Made by a program: the position numbers and the translations under genes. Positions 58,313 to 64,000 of a stretch of DNA of 64,000 nt are shown here, piece by piece. Position 1 is the first letter of the stretch; each line of letters opens with the position of its first letter. The notes under the pieces were generated by a model. The model did not search any database. It was not told the DNA's origin and saw only the letters and a program-made list of their open reading frames with translations. Source of the stretch: an uncultured Thermoplasmatales archaeon (GTDB lineage Archaea; Thermoplasmatota; E2; UBA202; DSCA01); NCBI GenBank assembly GCA_964514975.1, contig CAZESS010000003.1, forward strand, positions 32,001 to 96,000. The letters run 5' to 3'.

Positions 58313-58430
58313 AAAGTACCCCTGCTGATAAAAATCCATCCAATATTTGACATTTGGCACCCATCTGCTGGCCCTTCCTCCTGCCGGCGGCTACATAACG
58401 TATATTAATGCCGTTGACATATGCATTGCA

Positions 58431-59249
58431 GTGATTCGAATAGGTGCCGCCGGTATCCCGCTGTCGTGCAAGGACCGGACCAACCGCGACGGGGTTATCT
58501 ACACGCGCAATCTCGGGCTATCGGCGATGGAGATACAGCTCTCACGGGGGTTCATCAGCCGCGAGGAGGCCACCGACATCCGGGAAACGGCCGACAAGTG
58601 CGGCATCGACCTCTACATCCATGCGCCCTACTACATCAACCTGACCGGTAACGAGCGCAACGTCGAGATGAGCCAGAACAAGATATGGCGCTCCATGCGT
58701 CTCGCTGAGCTGATGGACGCGCGGATGGTGACCACCCATACCGGCTTCTATGGCTCGCTGTCGAAGCATGAGGCGATGCAGCGGATGGCCGGGCGTCTCC
58801 GGATGCTCCGCGACCAGATAAAGATGGAGGGCATCGAGATACCCATCGGGGTGCAGACCATCGGCAAGCCCGAGGTGTTCGGCACGCTGGAGGAAATCGT
58901 GGAGCTGTGCACAAGGGTGCGCGGCATCCATCCGGTGCTCGACATGGCCCACATCCATGCCCGTCAGAACGGCCGATTGCAGGAAAAAGAGGACTTCCAG
59001 GAGGTGTTCAACAGCCTGGCGCCCCTAAACCTTGATCATGTCGTTGTCTATCTCACCGGGGTGCGCTACAACGCCGAGGGAGAGATATATCATGTGCCCG
59101 TCCGGAAGAGCGACATGCCGGTCATCAAGCTGATGGAATGTATCGTTGAGCATGACTACAACGTGACCATTATCTCGGAGTCGCCCATCCTCGAGCATGA
59201 CGCGGTCTACGGCCAGATACTGGTGGACCGTGCTATGGAAATATCGTGA
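58431..59249 (+). CDS. Endonuclease IV-like TIM-barrel protein (archaeal type)
   Basis: IRIGAAGIP, HAPYYINL, HTGFY, DMAHIHAR and ISESP; some metal ligands appear altered. Confidence 0.78.
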   Translation: MIRIGAAGIPLSCKDRTNRDGVIYTRNLGLSAMEIQLSRGFISREEATDIRETADKCGIDLYIHAPYYINLTGNERNVEMSQNKIWRSMRLAELMDARMVTTHTGFYGSLSKHEAMQRMAGRLRMLRDQIKMEGIEIPIGVQTIGKPEVFGTLEEIVELCTRVRGIHPVLDMAHIHARQNGRLQEKEDFQEVFNSLAPLNLDHVVVYLTGVRYNAEGEIYHVPVRKSDMPVIKLMECIVEHDYNVTIISESPILEHDAVYGQILVDRAMEIS

Positions 59250-59255
59250 TAGACC

Positions 59256-59795
59256 ATGCGTTTTGACAGGTCGGTTTCATATATCCATGAGCAGATGACA
59301 CCGGTGCTGGAGCATGTCGACCAGGCAGGCGTGGAGCGCGCCGTCGACCTGTTCATGGACAGGCCCCGGGTGTTCGTCTACGGGACGGGGCGGAGCGGGC
59401 TCGTTGCGAGGGCCTTCGCGATCAGGCTCGTGCATCTCGGGTTCCAGACCTTTGTCATCGGTGAGACCATCACGGCGCCGGTGCACAGGGACGACCTCGT
59501 CGTGCTCGTCTCGGGCTCCGGCGAGACCATCCCGGTGGCGATGACCGCGGACATCGCACAGCAGCTGGGCGCCCAGATCGTTTCTGTCACGGCCGACCCG
59601 GTATCACATATCGGGCGGGCCGCCGACGTGCTGCTCCATCTTGATGTAGCGAACGGCGACGGCGATCTGGCGCCGCTGGGAACATTGTTCGAGGCGTGCG
59701 CCTGGGTGGTTCTCGACGGCATCATCGCGGAGCTCATGGCCCGGACCGGCGAGGGCGAGGGCGACATGCGGGAGCGGCACGCGACGCTGGAATAA
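59256..59795 (+). CDS. 6-phospho-3-hexuloisomerase-like SIS domain protein
   Basis: GTGRSGLV.RAFAIRL.HLG, VSGSGET, APLGTLFE and RHATLE. Confidence 0.85.
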   Translation: MRFDRSVSYIHEQMTPVLEHVDQAGVERAVDLFMDRPRVFVYGTGRSGLVARAFAIRLVHLGFQTFVIGETITAPVHRDDLVVLVSGSGETIPVAMTADIAQQLGAQIVSVTADPVSHIGRAADVLLHLDVANGDGDLAPLGTLFEACAWVVLDGIIAELMARTGEGEGDMRERHATLE

Positions 59796-59820
59796 GCTTT
59801 TTAAACGGGGCGATGTTGCA

Positions 59821-60261
59821 ATGGTAATGACCACGTATGACTACAAGGAGCTGCTGAACCGGTCGATGGAATCCCTGCCCGAGGACTTGACCTCGAAGGA
59901 ACGGTTCCAGATGCCCGAAGGCGACGTATTCCACGAGGGAAACACCACCATCATCCGGAACTTCCTCGACATCACCGACCAGGTTGGCCGGGACCCCCAG
60001 CACATGCTCACCTACCTGCTCAAGGAGCTCGGGACCGCCGGCGAGCTGGACAACGAGCGCGCCATCTTCCAGGGCAAGATATCGATGGGCAAGGTCCAGG
60101 AGCGCATCGACGCCTACGTCAACACCTTCGTGGTCTGCCGGGAATGCGGCCGTCCTGACACCAATCTCATGAAGAAAAACCGCACGCTGCTGCTGAAATG
60201 CGAGGCGTGCGGCGCCATGCACCCGGTCAAGGCCAGGAAGGGGCGACGGGGCAGGCGATGA
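59821..60261 (+). CDS. eif2b: Translation initiation factor aIF-2 beta subunit
   Basis: ERFQMP, TIIRNF, KELGTAG and zinc ribbon CRECGRPDT..CEACGA. Confidence 0.95.
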   Translation: MVMTTYDYKELLNRSMESLPEDLTSKERFQMPEGDVFHEGNTTIIRNFLDITDQVGRDPQHMLTYLLKELGTAGELDNERAIFQGKISMGKVQERIDAYVNTFVVCRECGRPDTNLMKKNRTLLLKCEACGAMHPVKARKGRRGRR

Positions 60262-61652
60262 CGCCACGGCGCAAAAAGCTTCTCGTTCTCGGCGTCATTG
60301 CATGTGTCTTTCTCTTCTTCCATCTGTATCACCTTGAACGGCCGTTTTCGACCAACGGCATCGACGAGGGCATCCATCTCTTGCAGGCGCAGATGGCGGC
60401 CGACGGCTTCACGCTCTACGGGGAGCTCAACGGCGACCAGGCGCCGCTGGCCATCCTGACGTTTTCGCTGTTCAAGGGCGCGGTGCTGCCGTCGCGGCTG
60501 CTGTCGTTTCTATTGTTCGCGGGCGCCACCGGAGCCGCTGGAATCATCGCCTGGCGAATAAAAAACAGGCAGGCTGGCGTGATGACGGTGCTGCTGCTAT
60601 CCCTCGACTTCACTCTGCTCAGGGAGTCGCGGCTGGCGTCTCTCGACCTGTTCTCGGCCGCGTTGCTCTGCATGGCCGGGCTGATCTTCATCGTCTACCT
60701 GGAGCGCCCACGCTGGATGTATGCCGCCGGCGGCGCCCTGCTGCTGTCGCTGTCCTGCCTGTCGAAGCTCATGGCTGCACCATGCGCCCTGGCTCTCACG
60801 GTGGCGGCCGTCTGGTACGCGGTGCGGCACAGGCGGTTGAAGCATTTTGCCGTCTACGCGCTGGCCGGAATGGTGCCAGCGCTGGCATTGCTTTTCCTGT
60901 TTTCGCCGGACGCGTTGCTCAACGGCGTGCTGCTCCGGCAGCTGCACCGTGGCGCCGACTGGTCGACGAAGGCATCGGTGCTGCTGTTCATCGGCCCATC
61001 CTTTGTCTATCTCCTGGCGCTGCGGCGGTGGGATCTGCGGGACCGGCGGGTCGCGTTCGTGGTCCTCTGGCTGCTGTCTCTGCTTGCCTTCATCCTGGTG
61101 CAGGGCCGCACCTTTCAGCATCATTTCGCCTACGCGGCGTTTCCCGCGGCCATCCTGGCCGGCATGGTACTCGGAGACTGGTCGCTTGATAGCCGGAAAA
61201 CAGTGACGGTGGTGGCCGGCTTCGTGGCGGTCAACACCGTTCTCATGGTGTCGCTGGTCGGCACGGCGCCCCCGGACCTGTCCTACGAGGTCGCGGACCA
61301 CGTTGCGGCGGTGTCCGATGATGACGCCTGGGTGCTCTCGGGGAATCCCCTGGTGAACGTGCTGGCCGACCGCAACGCGCCGCCGAACCTGACAAACCTG
61401 GCGCGGCATCATTATCCGCCGACCACGACGTCGAACATCACCTACTGGCTGGAAGGCAATCGCGTGGAGGTCGTGGTGCTGTACTATCACCTGGCGGAGA
61501 TGCCGGAGGTGGCGAGGTATCTCAACCGGAGCGGGCGCTACGAGAAAGCAATGGTCGTCGAGGGAAAAGGACAGCTGCTCTTCAACGGCGTCACGCCGCG
61601 GTTTTCCACGGACAGATACGTCGTCTACCGGGCGGTGAACGGGACTACCTGA
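60258..61652 (+). CDS. GT-C fold (family 39/ArnT-like) membrane glycosyltransferase
   Basis: N-terminal TM then IDEGIH, DQAPL, many TM helices and a soluble C-terminal domain. Confidence 0.75.
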   Translation: MTPRRKKLLVLGVIACVFLFFHLYHLERPFSTNGIDEGIHLLQAQMAADGFTLYGELNGDQAPLAILTFSLFKGAVLPSRLLSFLLFAGATGAAGIIAWRIKNRQAGVMTVLLLSLDFTLLRESRLASLDLFSAALLCMAGLIFIVYLERPRWMYAAGGALLLSLSCLSKLMAAPCALALTVAAVWYAVRHRRLKHFAVYALAGMVPALALLFLFSPDALLNGVLLRQLHRGADWSTKASVLLFIGPSFVYLLALRRWDLRDRRVAFVVLWLLSLLAFILVQGRTFQHHFAYAAFPAAILAGMVLGDWSLDSRKTVTVVAGFVAVNTVLMVSLVGTAPPDLSYEVADHVAAVSDDDAWVLSGNPLVNVLADRNAPPNLTNLARHHYPPTTTSNITYWLEGNRVEVVVLYYHLAEMPEVARYLNRSGRYEKAMVVEGKGQLLFNGVTPRFSTDRYVVYRAVNGTT

Positions 61653-62724
61653 ACCAGGTCCAGAAGTTGTTGGCGAAAAAGTTCCAGATGAACACCACGC
61701 CGATGGCTATAACGGCCGCAAACAGGTAGTAGTAGCCGAATACCTCCCTGAGGAGGCCCATGACCCCCAGCTGCATCGGGAACGAGGGCGAACTGATAAC
61801 GTTGAACTTGAAGAGACGCGCCCCGGCGCTCCGGAGGCCTTTTTCTCCCCGGTCATGGAACGTCCACACCTCGTTCAGGGCGTAGTTGGACAGGATGGAG
61901 AGCTCGATGGCGAACACCGCGGAGACCAGATAATACAGGCCCGCCTGCTCGGTCAGCAGCCACAGCACGCCAAGGTTGACCAGGACGCCGCTGCCGCCGA
62001 CCAGCATAAACTTGATGAACCGAACGATTTCCCCGGTGTCCCATGACAGGCGGAGCAGATGGCGGAGATATTTTCCATATTCGTTGGCCACCAGGGAGCT
62101 GCTCCCCCGCTCCCGGTCCTGAAACACGATGGGCACCTCCCGTACGTCGGTGCAGCGCCCCCGTATCAATATTTCGAGAAGGATCTTGTAGCCCACGGGG
62201 CGAAGCTCGACGTCCTCAATGACCCTGCTGCGGAGCATGAAAAACCCGGACAATGGGTCGCTGACCATCCGGCAGCCGGGCAGCAAAAGATGCGCCATGA
62301 GGGTCGCCCCCTTGGAGGACAGACGCCGCAGGAACGACCACTGCTCTATTTCGCCGCCCGGTACGTAGCGGCTGCCCACCACCACGTCGGCGCCGTCGTC
62401 GATAGCCGCCAGCAGGTCAACGAGCTTCTCGGGTGGATGCTGCAGATCGGCGTCCATGACCGTCAGGATGTCGCCACTGCTCCGGCGGAAGCCCTCGATG
62501 ACCGACAACGCAAGGTCGCGCTTCCCGGTCCGCCGCACCACCCTGAGAAAGTCATACCGCGCCTGGAGCTCATCGGCCCGGTCGGCGGTGCCGTCGGGGC
62601 TGTCGTCGTCGACGATGACCAGCTCGAAGTCCACGTCATGCAGCGCTATGGCCACCTGCTCCAGCAGATGGGGCAGGTTGTCGGCCTCGTTGTACGTGGG
62701 GACCACCAGGGAGAGCCGGGGCAT
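61645..62724 (-). CDS. Polyprenol-phosphate glycosyltransferase (DPM1-like GT2) fused to a GtrA-like flippase domain
   Basis: VPTYNE, VDDDSPDGT, MDADLQHPP, DPLSGFF; C-terminal KFMLVGGSG..NYALNEVWTF. Confidence 0.9.
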   Translation of the reverse strand: MPRLSLVVPTYNEADNLPHLLEQVAIALHDVDFELVIVDDDSPDGTADRADELQARYDFLRVVRRTGKRDLALSVIEGFRRSSGDILTVMDADLQHPPEKLVDLLAAIDDGADVVVGSRYVPGGEIEQWSFLRRLSSKGATLMAHLLLPGCRMVSDPLSGFFMLRSRVIEDVELRPVGYKILLEILIRGRCTDVREVPIVFQDRERGSSSLVANEYGKYLRHLLRLSWDTGEIVRFIKFMLVGGSGVLVNLGVLWLLTEQAGLYYLVSAVFAIELSILSNYALNEVWTFHDRGEKGLRSAGARLFKFNVISSPSFPMQLGVMGLLREVFGYYYLFAAVIAIGVVFIWNFFANNFWTWFR

Positions 62725-62829
62725 GTGTCCGCAATATCTCGTTCCTTAAATAGTTTTTTTCTTTTTCCCTGTAGAACGGGAGACCGCTAAAACGGTAACC
62801 TTTTAAAGGATACCGCATTTGCCCGGTCA

Positions 62830-63759
62830 ATGGGTATCATCGACATCGAGGGGCTGGTGAAGCGCTACAATGGCACGCTGGCAGTTGACGACATCAGCAT
62901 GGAGGTCGAACGAGGGGAAATGTTCGCGCTACTCGGGCCCAACGGTGCGGGGAAAACCACGACAATGAACATGATGATGGGCTTCATTTTTCCCACAGCC
63001 GGCAGTGTCCGGCTCTTCGGATACGATGTGTTCAATAATGGCAAGGAGGCCCGGCACCGCATCGGCTTCATGCCCGAAGAACTTGGATTATATGACGTGC
63101 TGACCGCATATCAGCACATGGACTTTTATGGGCGGCTCTTCAACATTCCCAGGCGGCGGCGAGAGAAAAAGATAGACGAATTGTTGGAGCTGGTCGGTTT
63201 GCTTCATCGCAAGAACACAAGGGTGCGGGAATACTCGCACGGCATGCGGCAGCGGCTGGGTATCGCACAGGCACTTATAAACGACCCCGACCTTCTCATT
63301 CTGGACGAGCCGACATCCGGACTCGACCCGCGAGCAAGCTACACAGTGCGAGACATTATCACCTCCCTAACAGAGCGGGATATTACGCTGTTTCTTTCGT
63401 CACATCTGCTCCACGAGGTACAGGAAATCTGTGAGAGCGTCGCCATCATTAACAAGGGACAATTGATCAGGAAGGACACCATAGAAAACCTTGTTAGGGA
63501 ATTCCGGATAGAGGGCATGCACATCACTCTCACCTGCCTCAATCTCGACAACGACATCGTTGAAACAGTCCAAGGCATGGCGGGGGTGCACTCGGTCGAA
63601 GCGTTCGGCAACACCCTTACCGCCCTAGTGGACACCGAGGATACCGCCGCCGACCTGAACGCCGCGGTGGTCAATAGGGGGGGACGCGTCACGAGAATGG
63701 AGGAGTCAACGCCAGACCTAGAAGACATTTTCTTGCGATTGACGGAGGACGACCAATGA
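62830..63759 (+). CDS. ABC-2 exporter ATPase
   Basis: GPNGAGKTT, YSHGMRQR, LDEPTSGLDP and SSHLL. Confidence 0.9.
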   Translation: MGIIDIEGLVKRYNGTLAVDDISMEVERGEMFALLGPNGAGKTTTMNMMMGFIFPTAGSVRLFGYDVFNNGKEARHRIGFMPEELGLYDVLTAYQHMDFYGRLFNIPRRRREKKIDELLELVGLLHRKNTRVREYSHGMRQRLGIAQALINDPDLLILDEPTSGLDPRASYTVRDIITSLTERDITLFLSSHLLHEVQEICESVAIINKGQLIRKDTIENLVREFRIEGMHITLTCLNLDNDIVETVQGMAGVHSVEAFGNTLTALVDTEDTAADLNAAVVNRGGRVTRMEESTPDLEDIFLRLTEDDQ

Positions 63760-64000
63760 TGGATATGTCATTTTCCTCTATCACAGCCGTGGCATACAAG
63801 GAGTTCTCCGTATACTTAAAAACGAAGCGGCTGCTCATCATGGGTGGACTATATGTTGCAGGGTTCCTTACAGCCATCGGCATTATGTCCTACTACCGAC
63901 AGCCGAATGCATTTCCAGATGCCATGGCCCTCGCCTATTCCTCAACATCCATCTTTTACGTCATGCTCCCTATTGCCCTCTCATACGACCTCATCGCTCG
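63756..64000 (+). CDS. ABC-2 permease, 5' part (truncated by the window edge)
   Basis: ATGA overlap with the ATPase; translates MMDMSFSSITAVAYKEFSVYLKTKRLLI..LPIALSYDLIA with no stop before the edge. Confidence 0.8.
   Translation, partial: MMDMSFSSITAVAYKEFSVYLKTKRLLIMGGLYVAGFLTAIGIMSYYRQPNAFPDAMALAYSSTSIFYVMLPIALSYDLIA

Noticed and set aside
55875-58330. AGTACC direct repeat and a near-inverted ATTAGCAGG/CCTGCTGAT pair at the ends of the lower-GC cassette
   Set aside because: The arrangement does not fit a TSD-outside-TIR layout, the matches are short, and no transposase or integrase is present.

Overview
High-GC archaeal chromosomal window. Evidence for archaeal origin: aIF-2beta, TATA-box promoters with apparently leaderless starts, and a BHB-type tRNA intron. 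The secreted-peptidase repertoire suggests an uncultured Thermoplasmatota-like lineage, but this is inference. The first ~24 kb is a central-metabolism supercluster: a tightly coupled operon hdrA(tandem)-mvhD-mvhG-mvhA-hdrC-hdrB-[Fe-S subunit]-[fumarate reductase-type flavoprotein]-korDABG, surrounded by aconitase, fumarase alpha/beta, SucC/SucD, malic enzyme and a hydrogenase maturation protease. This points to a soluble H2/ferredoxin/fumarate electron-bifurcating (or confurcating) system wired into the TCA cycle, and it is the best candidate for an undescribed system here. Other highlights: tRNA-Ala(CGC) with a 38-nt intron at the non-canonical T-loop position 59/60; a kinase-domain-less signalling module (4xPAS-DHp, atypical receiver, RHH-pseudo-DHp coupled to an NAD-kinase-like gene); a NikR-divergent ZnuABC-type operon with FmdE and TsaA-FmdE genes and a candidate operator; and a radical SAM/SPASM gene next to a lower-GC cassette with a Cys-rich mini-ORF, a wHTH regulator and an ABC exporter. 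The rest is housekeeping (mre11/rad50, acs, cysS, transaldolase, pyrK, glycosyltransferases). No CRISPR array, rRNA or transposase was seen. All calls come from motif recognition by eye; no searches were run.
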